From assembly GCA_949286465.1 (NCBI GenBank), contig CASECI010000029.1:6105-70104 (forward strand): a stretch of DNA of 64,000 nucleotides, written 5' to 3'. A program made the translations under genes and the position numbers. This DNA comes from an uncultured Alphaproteobacteria bacterium (lineage in GTDB: Bacteria; Pseudomonadota; Alphaproteobacteria; CAAHEQ01; UBA3637). The notes beneath the pieces were generated by a model that was given only the letters and a program-made list of their open reading frames with translations, was not told the DNA's origin and ran no database searches. Of the stretch, positions 28,987-36,907 are shown in pieces. Position 1 is the first letter of the stretch. The number at the start of each line of letters is the position of its first letter.

Positions 28987-29846
28987 TAGTCATCTGCCTT
29001 TACTGCCATTTGTATAGGACCTTGAGCAGAACCATTAATAAATTGAACAACATAAGGATTTTTAGTCTTCTCTATTTCTTTAACAGTTCCAATCCATATA
29101 ATTTTACCTTTATAAAGCATCGCAATTCGATCCGCTATTTTTCGTGCAGAAGTCATATCATGTGTAATTGTAATAGCTGTTGCACCAAGTTTTTTAACAC
29201 TATCGACAATTAGATTGTTAATAACGTCAGACATGATAGGATCAAGGCCAGTTGTTGGTTCATCAAAGAAAATAATTTCAGGATTTGTCGCAATTGCACG
29301 AGCTAATCCAACTCTTTTTTTCATGCCTCCAGACAAATCAGCCGGATATAAGTCTCCTACATCAGGAGTTAATCCAACTTGAGCCATTTTTTCTAAAGCT
29401 ATTTTTTTGGCTTCTTTTTTTCTCATCTTATGCCCTTGAATTAATCCAAAAGCTACATTTTCCCAAACGGTCATGCTGTCGAATAGAGCTGCTCCTTGAA
29501 AGAGCATCCCAATTTGTGCGTTTACTTTCTCATGAATTTTTGAGGAAGCATTAACAATTTCAATTCCATCAACAGTAATAGAACCTTCTTCTGGTGTTAA
29601 TAAACCAAGGATTGATTTTAACGTAACAGATTTTCCTGTACCGGAACCTCCGATAATAACAAGAGATTCTCCTTTTTTTATTTCTAAATCCAAACCGTCT
29701 AAAACGATTTTCTTTCCAAAAGATTTGTGTACGTTCGTAAGTTTTATTTTAATTGGTTGTTCTTGTTTTGAGGAAAACAATGCAATTGTTTTTTGAACAA
29801 GGTTTTTATTAAATTTCTTATGTTCTGATGTTTTATTTTCTGTCAT
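28986..29846 (-). CDS. mlaF: MlaF-type ABC transporter ATP-binding protein
   Basis: Walker A 'GGSGTGKS', signature 'LSGGMKKR' and Walker B 'IIFFDEPTTGLDP'. Immediately downstream of the MlaE-like permease. Confidence 0.85.
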   Translation of the reverse strand: MTENKTSEHKKFNKNLVQKTIALFSSKQEQPIKIKLTNVHKSFGKKIVLDGLDLEIKKGESLVIIGGSGTGKSVTLKSILGLLTPEEGSITVDGIEIVNASSKIHEKVNAQIGMLFQGAALFDSMTVWENVAFGLIQGHKMRKKEAKKIALEKMAQVGLTPDVGDLYPADLSGGMKKRVGLARAIATNPEIIFFDEPTTGLDPIMSDVINNLIVDSVKKLGATAITITHDMTSARKIADRIAMLYKGKIIWIGTVKEIEKTKNPYVVQFINGSAQGPIQMAVKADD

Positions 29847-29857
29847 TGCATATGATC

Positions 29858-30631
29858 CTACGAATTAAAGAAAACTTCAGTTAAGATGTAGTTGAAAATT
29901 AAAATTAAGATAGAAGCTGAAACGACAGCATTTGTTGTTGCAGAACCTACACCTTGAGCACCTCCCTTTGAATTATAACCATTGTAGCAACCAAGTAGAG
30001 TGATAATAAAGCCAAAAACAGATGCTTTAACAAGTCCCGAGATAACATCCATAGGTTCCATAAAATTCCATGTGTTAACAAGATAAGAGGAGGCATTAAA
30101 ATCAAGTTTATAAACACCAATAATATATCCACCACAAATACCAATGACATCACCGATTAAAACTAAAACGGGCATCATTAAAATGCCAGCAAGAATTCGG
30201 GGAGAAATAAGGTATTTAAAAGGATTTGTGGAAAGTGTTGATAGGGCATCAATTTGTTCTGTTACACGCATTGTTCCAAGTTCAGCAGCCATCGCAGCGC
30301 CAATACGACCTGCTACCATTAATCCTGCCATAACAGGAGCGAGCTCTCTTGTAACAGCAATGAGAACGACCATAGAGACAGCTCCTTCGGCAGAAAATCG
30401 AGCAAATCCTGTGTAAGTTTGTAAAGCGATAACAGCCCCTGCGAAAAAAGTTGTTAAAGCCACAACAGGAAGAGAATAGAATCCAATTTCAATGAGTTGT
30501 TCTACAATTTTTTTGAAATAAAATGGAGGCATACAACAATGATAAAGAGCCTTCAGTGTAAAAATACCTAATTGTCCTGTTGCTCTTAAAAAGCGAATAA
30601 AAACACGTCCAATAAGTGAGATAAATTCCAT
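29858..30631 (-). CDS. mlaE: MlaE-type ABC transporter permease
   Basis: 257-aa polytopic protein. 'EQLIEIGFYSLPVVALTTFFAGAVIALQ' and 'TRELAPVMAGLMVAGRIGAAMAAELGTMRVTEQIDAL' are typical of MlaE/Ttg2B. Confidence 0.85.
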   Translation of the reverse strand: MEFISLIGRVFIRFLRATGQLGIFTLKALYHCCMPPFYFKKIVEQLIEIGFYSLPVVALTTFFAGAVIALQTYTGFARFSAEGAVSMVVLIAVTRELAPVMAGLMVAGRIGAAMAAELGTMRVTEQIDALSTLSTNPFKYLISPRILAGILMMPVLVLIGDVIGICGGYIIGVYKLDFNASSYLVNTWNFMEPMDVISGLVKASVFGFIITLLGCYNGYNSKGGAQGVGSATTNAVVSASILILIFNYILTEVFFNS

Positions 30632-30723
30632 TGGGTTCCTCTTTTCTTTACTTATCTAGGACTATAACGACAATTTATTTCTTTTGCAATAAAAAACGCA
30701 TTTTTCTTGTTGACAAAAAAAGA

Positions 30724-30738
30724 GAACTAATGTAGAAC
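30724..30738 (+). promoter_or_regulatory. LexA operator (alphaproteobacterial SOS box GAAC-N7-GAAC)
   Basis: GAACtaatgtaGAAC lies 36 nt upstream of the lexA ATG and just downstream of a TTGACA hexamer (30710-30715). A third GAAC sits at 30766-30769. Confidence 0.7.
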
Positions 30739-30773
30739 AAAATAAGTATATCATATCTGAGGAATAGAACAAA

Positions 30774-31448
30774 ATGCTTACCAAAAAACAATATGATTTG
30801 TTGATTTTTATTGATAAATACCTGAAAGAGAAGGGTGTTTCTCCATCATTTGATGAAATGAGAGAAGCGCTCGGCCTAAAGTCAAAATCTGGGATTCATC
30901 GATTAATAAAAGGTTTGGAAGAACGTCATTTTATTCGTCATATGCCTAATCGAGCAAGAGCTCTCGAAGTGATACGGCTCCCAGATAATGTTCACGGTCA
31001 ACAAAAGGATGAAGGCGTTTTTAATATTATATCTGGTGGAAAAAATGCCTCACCTCTTGATACTCATTTTATAGAAATCCCATTGTATGGAAAAATAGCC
31101 GCTGGAGTCCCAATTGAAGCAATTCGAGATATGAGCACTATGGTTAGTGTCCCGCCTCAGATGTTGGGTGTCGGGGAACATTATGCCTTAACAGTTGAAG
31201 GGGACTCTATGATTAATGCGGGTATCTTGGATGGAGATACTGTTATTATTCAACGTACGCAAACGGCAGAGAATGGGGCAATTGTTGTCGCTTTGGTTGA
31301 TGGATTTGAGGTGACACTTAAACGGTTGCGCCGGAAAGGGAATGCAATCGCATTAGAAGCGGAAAATCCTAAATATGAACCACGGATACTGTCTCCTGAT
31401 CGTGTGGCTGTTCAAGGACGGCTTGTTGGTTTGATGAGAAATTACTAA
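30774..31448 (+). CDS. lexA: LexA repressor
   Basis: N-terminal wHTH '[12 protein letters not shown]...', cleavage region '[11 protein letters not shown]', and S24 peptidase '[11 protein letters not shown]' with 'EVTLKRL'. Confidence 0.95.
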   Translation: MLTKKQYDLLIFIDKYLKEKGVSPSFDEMREALGLKSKSGIHRLIKGLEERHFIRHMPNRARALEVIRLPDNVHGQQKDEGVFNIISGGKNASPLDTHFIEIPLYGKIAAGVPIEAIRDMSTMVSVPPQMLGVGEHYALTVEGDSMINAGILDGDTVIIQRTQTAENGAIVVALVDGFEVTLKRLRRKGNAIALEAENPKYEPRILSPDRVAVQGRLVGLMRNY

Positions 31449-31450
31449 CG

Positions 31451-31480
31451 AAAAAAGGAGCTTTAAAAGCTCCTTTTAAA
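31451..31480. terminator. bidirectional hairpin terminator between lexA and the convergent orphan
   Basis: 10-bp stem AAAAGGAGCT-ttaaa-AGCTCCTTTT directly after the lexA stop. Confidence 0.75.
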
Positions 31481-31485
31481 TTAGA

Positions 31486-32403
31486 TTATCTTTCTCTTCT
31501 GCTTTCAAGTAGAGCTCGTTCGGGAGCGATATTAGGAAGCATTAAAGAATCTTGTCTACGTGTTAAGAACGTCATTAATATTGCTTTGTCACGAGCCATA
31601 TAAGCAGGATTTGTTTGAATAAATTTTTTGATAGTATCAGCTATATTTTTAATAGCCTCTCTGAATTTAGAATGAGACGTAAAATAAGTGACATAATCAA
31701 GTGTAGAGCTATCAAAATATTTACGAATTTCATTAAAAGTCTTTATTTCTTCTTTTGGAATTCCTTTGTTGATACAAAAGTATGCTCCTAACATATTTAA
31801 AACAGAAACTTCCCTAGCTTCATTTTTTAAAGAAGGAATTTCGCGATGTTTCAAGTTTTCAGCTAAATAATTGTCTAACCAAACACTAGGAATATTTTTA
31901 GCATCTAGATGACCTTTTTTTATATTATTTAAGTCAGTGTTAATCGCATTGAAGACTAAACGAGCGGCTTTATCGATTTTAGTAGTTTGTGTTAAAATAT
32001 TTTTCAAAGGGATAGTTGTATCTTCTAGATTAATCGCACGAGAAGTATGAATTCCTTCCATTTTTGTATAAACAGAAGGCATACAAGAAGGAATAGATGT
32101 ATATAGGTTAAAGTCTTTTGAAGGACGATGAGGGTGATTATAAACAGCATATCGAATAAATCTGTAGCCATCAGTTTCTGTCATCAAAATAGAGCCCTTT
32201 TGTAGAACATCAGGTGTAATTTTTGAATCCATTAAATCGTCAGTGCGTAGAGGAATAGTTTGTTTTTGTTTTGTGAGAAGGTTTTTACAAAAGAGAATAT
32301 GTGTTCCATTTAGGAAATATACATCTTCTATTTTATGTAATTTGACGCTACCATTGGTCAGGCGTTTTGTATTCAACTCTTTTTCATCAATAATGATTTT
32401 CAT
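31486..32403 (-). CDS. hypothetical protein
   Basis: Long ORF with the internal ATG at 32403 preceded by AAAGGA. No recognisable motif. Confidence 0.5.
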   Translation of the reverse strand: MKIIIDEKELNTKRLTNGSVKLHKIEDVYFLNGTHILFCKNLLTKQKQTIPLRTDDLMDSKITPDVLQKGSILMTETDGYRFIRYAVYNHPHRPSKDFNLYTSIPSCMPSVYTKMEGIHTSRAINLEDTTIPLKNILTQTTKIDKAARLVFNAINTDLNNIKKGHLDAKNIPSVWLDNYLAENLKHREIPSLKNEAREVSVLNMLGAYFCINKGIPKEEIKTFNEIRKYFDSSTLDYVTYFTSHSKFREAIKNIADTIKKFIQTNPAYMARDKAILMTFLTRRQDSLMLPNIAPERALLESRRER

Positions 32404-32480
32404 TGTTTTTCCTTTGTCCGAATTTGAAAACATTTTATTTATACATCAAAAAATGTATTTTGTCAAGTATTGTGGATAAA

Positions 32481-33440
32481 TTAAAAAGTATCGCCCCATT
32501 TTAGTTTTTTAACCTGCTTATATAGGGCAGAATTTCTTTTTGATACGGTTATATTAAGAAACGTTGCATCAGTGCTACATAAGGATAGATTGATATGACC
32601 AGAATGAACAGAGGGTTGAGAAAGTACACGATTTTTCATGTATAAGGGAGGATTTTTTGAAATAGCTAAATAAGAAAATTTTTCGTTTTCATATCCGAGA
32701 GTTGCATTTTTAAGAATGCGGTGTTCTTTTGTTCGTATAATACGAGAAGAAAAATGACACCAGTTACTTTCTTTTAGAGGACACTTTTGATGATGAGGGC
32801 ATGGAGCAATTAAGAAAGCTCCTTCATTTATTAAAGCAGTCCTGTATTGCATCAGTTGAGTATATCCTTCAGGAGTTCCTGGTTCAACAATTAATAAAAC
32901 AGCTTGAGTAGAGTTCCATAGGTTAAATAAAGTAGATATACGCTTAGAAGGAGAGATTTCATTTAGAGCATAGGAAGCGATTACGAGATCAGCCTTATCA
33001 AAATTTTTGCATTGAGAAATATCTGTTTTTTTCCAGATGATGGGTGTAGATACATTAGTTTTTTTTGCAAAAATTCGTGCTAAATTTTCCATAGCATCTA
33101 CATGTTCTAAACATGTTATTTGTTTTAGATCTAAAACCTGTAAGGCAGCCCAAGTAGCTGTTCCAGGTCCAGAGCCGACATCTAAAAGTGTTTTGATTCG
33201 AGTTTTGTCATAGTTCTGAAGAGTTTGTTTTAGAGCACAAGAAACTGCTCCAAAAGTGGCGGGCATCCGTGTCAGAGCATATGAAATCGCTTCATCAGGC
33301 CGAGTTAAAATTTTTTGTCCGGTACGATTTTGAAAACGATAGCGGTTAGATAGATTTTGAAAATTTTTATGTAGATTATTAAAAGAAGAAAGGGTTGCTA
33401 TTTCTTGTAGGGCTATTTTAAGTTGATTAGGTAAATCCAT
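32481..33440 (-). CDS. Rsm22-like SAM-dependent methyltransferase
   Basis: SAM motif I 'LLDVGSGPGTATWAA' and Cys cluster 'CPHHQKCPLKESNWCHF'. The layout matches the Rsm22 (COG5459) family. Confidence 0.7.
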   Translation of the reverse strand: MDLPNQLKIALQEIATLSSFNNLHKNFQNLSNRYRFQNRTGQKILTRPDEAISYALTRMPATFGAVSCALKQTLQNYDKTRIKTLLDVGSGPGTATWAALQVLDLKQITCLEHVDAMENLARIFAKKTNVSTPIIWKKTDISQCKNFDKADLVIASYALNEISPSKRISTLFNLWNSTQAVLLIVEPGTPEGYTQLMQYRTALINEGAFLIAPCPHHQKCPLKESNWCHFSSRIIRTKEHRILKNATLGYENEKFSYLAISKNPPLYMKNRVLSQPSVHSGHINLSLCSTDATFLNITVSKRNSALYKQVKKLKWGDTF

Positions 33441-33581
33441 TTAATCTATCCTTTATAGAGTACACTTACTTTGTAGAGCTTAAATAAGAATAAACAAGGA
33501 AACAAGATTTTTTTACGGATAATAAAGATAACTTAATTAGATTGATTTTAAAAGAGATTATATGATATATGACTTAAAAGA

Positions 33582-33657
<76 letters not shown>

Positions 33658-33668
33658 ACGATGAGAAA

Positions 33669-33697
33669 TTTATATCCGATTCGATTTTAAAAAGCAA
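33669..33697 (-). promoter_or_regulatory. sigma70-like promoter of tRNA-Thr
   Basis: On the minus strand: TTGCTT, 17 nt, TATAAA, ending about 12 nt before the tRNA 5' end. Confidence 0.5.
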
Positions 33698-33968
33698 CCC
33701 CTTTTTTATTTTTTTGAAAATTTTGTGAAGAGCCGCGCCCTTTTCGTTCATGTGTTTTTTAAAAGGGTTATAACATAAAAATCGGATTGTTCTCTTTTCA
33801 ATTCTTTAATTAAGGCATGAAAAACTTTAATTTAACAAGTTAAAACAGAGCAGATGCCGACAATATCAACTTGATTAAAATTAAAAAGTCTAATTTTACG
33901 ATTTACTTTTTGTGCATGGAATTGTAGTTTTAATAACTTGAAAATATTTAACCATTAAAGGGAACAAG

Positions 33969-34373
33969 ATGGATTGTCTTTTTTGTAAAATCATTAATAA
34001 GAAAATATCAAGTCTGATTGTTTATGAAGATGCAAATGTTCTGTGTATTATTCCAAAGGACATGGAAGTCTATGGGCATATACTTATTATTCCTAAAAAA
34101 CATTTTAACGATATTTTTGATATTCAAAATAAAGATTTACAAAATTTGATGACTGTTGCAAAGAAAATTTCTATAAGCTTGCGAAAAAAAATTGGAGCAA
34201 CGGGTATTAATATATTGCATGCTAGCGGAAAAGATGCCGGTCAATCAGTTCAACATTTTCATTTACATCTTTTCCCAAGATTTAAAGATGACAAAGTGAA
34301 TGCTTGGCCCCAATTGCCTGAAAATAGTTTTAATAAAGAAGAAATTTTCCGTAAGATTGTTTTTATAAAATAA
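33969..34373 (+). CDS. HIT-family hydrolase
   Basis: Histidine triad 'VQHFHLHLFPR' and N-terminal 'CLFCKII'. Confidence 0.9.
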   Translation: MDCLFCKIINKKISSLIVYEDANVLCIIPKDMEVYGHILIIPKKHFNDIFDIQNKDLQNLMTVAKKISISLRKKIGATGINILHASGKDAGQSVQHFHLHLFPRFKDDKVNAWPQLPENSFNKEEIFRKIVFIK

Positions 34374-34503
34374 AAAACTTTCTATCGGTTGCTTTAAAGT
34401 CAGGATACTTAAAAAGAAGTTGCCTTCTTTTCACATCAAAAGTTTCATGTTGTTTTTTTCATTTTCTGTGATAAGATGACAAAATTGAAAGGGAGAGACG
34501 GGA

Positions 34504-35385
34504 ATGCCTTCATTTTTTTCAATTATATTTTCAACAGTATTGCGTTATAAAAAACAACAAACAAATGATGTTGTCGGGGCTTATCCAGAAAGATTACATG
34601 TAAGAGCTTTGCCTGAAAGAAGATATTTAAAGACGTCTCGTGTGATGGCTCTCATCGCTTTTATGAGTATAGCGTTTAATTTTGGTTTCGCTTTTGTTTA
34701 TATGAAGATGGCTTCCTCTGTATCTGCGATTATTGCACAGCCTTTACCTGAAAACCCAACGGAAGCTCAAAGGGCTCGGAGAACAACGAGACTTTACCGA
34801 TTGGATACTTTTAGTCAATCTATTAAACCAATTGAACCCGCAGAGACAATGCGTTCTGCTCGTACGCTTATTGCAGAAAATCTCATCGAAGAGTATATTA
34901 CTTTACGTTATTCTATTGTTCCGAGCTATGAGGAAATGGCTCAACGAATGAAAGAAGGAAGTAAACTGTATTTACTGTCGAGTGTTGCGGTTAGCTCCGA
35001 ATTCTCAAATGAGAAGGAGCAGATTTTTAGTGATGCACGAAATGGAATAACACGGGAAGTTTATATTTACTCAATAAAAAATGTAAATACAGATTTGTTT
35101 GAAGTGATATTTGATGTTTTTACATTTGATGATAAAGCAGTTGCTCAGCGTGTTTGTAAATGTTTAAGCAAGGATAAAGAATGCTTAAGTTGTTTAAGGG
35201 AAAAGTCAACTTATGTTCAGCGCTATAAAGCTATGATGAGAGTAAGATTTCAAGCGGCATTGAGCTCATTAGATGATGTTTTACAAAATCCCTATTTCTT
35301 TAACATTTATACATATTCTATTTTCCCAGTTCCTATCCGGGAAAATGATCCTTGGTACGACATTGATAGAGCTCTATTAGATTAA
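34504..35385 (+). CDS. VirB8-like (type IV secretion family) bitopic membrane protein, orphan
   Basis: Cytoplasmic N-terminus, a single TM 'VMALIAFMSIAFNFGFAFVYM' and a periplasmic domain. Its segments parallel VirB8: 'LIEEYITLRYSI', 'REVYIYSIKNV', 'FEVIFDVFTF', 'YKAMMRVRF' and terminal 'QNPYFFNIYTYSI' (compare NPLGFQVTSYR). Confidence 0.5.
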   Translation: MPSFFSIIFSTVLRYKKQQTNDVVGAYPERLHVRALPERRYLKTSRVMALIAFMSIAFNFGFAFVYMKMASSVSAIIAQPLPENPTEAQRARRTTRLYRLDTFSQSIKPIEPAETMRSARTLIAENLIEEYITLRYSIVPSYEEMAQRMKEGSKLYLLSSVAVSSEFSNEKEQIFSDARNGITREVYIYSIKNVNTDLFEVIFDVFTFDDKAVAQRVCKCLSKDKECLSCLREKSTYVQRYKAMMRVRFQAALSSLDDVLQNPYFFNIYTYSIFPVPIRENDPWYDIDRALLD

Positions 35386-35744
35386 ACACGTCCGTAAGAA
35401 TCTTCTAAACGAACAATATCTGTTTCATCTAAGGTGTCTCCTGTTTGTACTTCTATAAAAACAACAGGTTCTTTTGTTTTATTTGCTATACGATGTTTTT
35501 CTTGGACTGGAATAAAGATAGGTGTGTTTGCGGAAGCGGTAAAGACTTTTTCTCCTAAAGTTACTTCAGCTTGGCCTTGTACAATAATCCAATGTTCATC
35601 TCTATGATGATGTAATTGTAAAGATAATTTTTTGTCAGGTAAGACACAAATTTTTTTTACAATATAAGAAGGGCCCACATCGATAACCTCCCAACTTCCC
35701 CAAGGTCTAGTATCTTTTTCACCGATTTTATAAGCGACAGTCAT
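35382..35744 (-). CDS. cupin-domain protein (type II phosphomannose-isomerase C-terminal-like)
   Basis: 'RPWGSWEVI...KKICVLPDKKLSLQLHHHRDEHWIIVQGQAEV'. The ATG at 35744 is preceded by AAAGGA. Its stop overlaps the stop of the convergent VirB8-like gene. Confidence 0.8.
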   Translation of the reverse strand: MTVAYKIGEKDTRPWGSWEVIDVGPSYIVKKICVLPDKKLSLQLHHHRDEHWIIVQGQAEVTLGEKVFTASANTPIFIPVQEKHRIANKTKEPVVFIEVQTGDTLDETDIVRLEDSYGRV

Positions 35745-35877
35745 TTTAAATCCTTTCATAACTTAAAGTAGAGATATTAATGCTTTCTTTTGTCTGTGTG
35801 TCAAGTAAAAAAAACTTTCTTTTTGAGTAAAAAAAGTGTATTGATTAAGAAAATTTTTAGCATAAGAAAGGAGTATT

Positions 35878-36906
35878 ATGACAAACTTAAGTTTGCTACA
35901 AAAATTATCAAAACGCGGGACAGATTTTTTAGGAAGCACTTATCCAATTATTGGAGGAGCTATGGCCTCTATTTCGAATCATACTTGGGTAGCAGCTATG
36001 GTAAATGGTGGAGCTTTTGCTTTTTTGTCATGTGGTTTTTTAAATCCTGAACAATTAGAAAAAGAGATTACATTGACACAGCAAAAGACAGATAAATCGT
36101 TTGGTGTCAATTTAATTATACTTCATCCACAGATTATGGAATTGATAGATGTTTGTATTCGTAAAAGAGTTTCTCATGTTATTTTAGCAAGTGGGGTTCC
36201 GACAAAAGAAATGATACAGCGGCTGAAAGAGGGGGGTGTAAAAGTTATGACTTTTGCTCCGACAGCAGCAATAGGTAAGAGATTAATAAGAAATGGGATA
36301 GATGCTCTTGTCATAGAAGGCAACGAATCTGGAGGACATATAGGTCCAGTTAGTACGATAGTTCTTATGCAAGAAGTTATGCCTTATATTCAAGATGTCC
36401 CCGTTTTTGTTGCAGGAGGAATAGGAACAGGAGAAATGATAGCTTCTTGTTTAATGTTAGGAGCAGCAGGATGTCAAATGGGGACAAGCTTTATTTGTAT
36501 AAAAGAGTGTGAAGTTCATGATGCTTTCAAGAAAGCTTATATAAAAGCATCTTCAAGGAATGCTGTTCCGACTGTTCAAATGTCACCCAATTTTCCTGTT
36601 ATTCCTGTTCGTTCATTGTATAATAAAGCTCATGAATTATTCTCAAAGCATCAACTTGATGTGATCAGAGATTATGAGAAGGAATGTTTGACAATTGAAG
36701 AAGCACGTACTAAAATTGAAACATTCTGGACAGGGGCGTTAAAGAGAGCTGTTTTTGAGGGAGATGTTGAAAATGGTTCTGTTATGGCAGGTCAGATAGT
36801 TGGTTTAGTAAAGCAAGAGAGTACAGCCAAAGAAGTTATTGATAATTTAGTACAAGAAACAGAGCAAGCACTAGAAGCTATGAAAGCACGCTTATACGAG
36901 GGGTAG
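35878..36906 (+). CDS. fabK: FMN-dependent nitronate monooxygenase/FabK-family oxidoreductase (probable enoyl-ACP reductase II)
   Basis: 'YPIIGGAMA', 'ALVIEGNESGGHIG', 'VFVAGGIGTGE' and C-terminal 'GDVENGSVMAGQIVGLVKQESTAKEVI'. The last closely resembles the streptococcal FabK C-terminus as I remember it. Confidence 0.65.
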   Translation: MTNLSLLQKLSKRGTDFLGSTYPIIGGAMASISNHTWVAAMVNGGAFAFLSCGFLNPEQLEKEITLTQQKTDKSFGVNLIILHPQIMELIDVCIRKRVSHVILASGVPTKEMIQRLKEGGVKVMTFAPTAAIGKRLIRNGIDALVIEGNESGGHIGPVSTIVLMQEVMPYIQDVPVFVAGGIGTGEMIASCLMLGAAGCQMGTSFICIKECEVHDAFKKAYIKASSRNAVPTVQMSPNFPVIPVRSLYNKAHELFSKHQLDVIRDYEKECLTIEEARTKIETFWTGALKRAVFEGDVENGSVMAGQIVGLVKQESTAKEVIDNLVQETEQALEAMKARLYEG

Positions 36907-36907
36907 G

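Noticed and set aside
33658-33968. A 310-bp gene-free stretch beside tRNA-Thr with short AT-rich palindromes (for example TTTAACaaGTTAAA and TAAAATTA...TAATTTTA) and a CCCTTTT...AAAAGGG pair.
   Set aside because: The palindromes are short and AT-only, as expected by chance at this composition. I recognised no ncRNA signature (tmRNA tag, RNase P or SRP motifs). The stretch is noted only as context for the VirB8-like finding.
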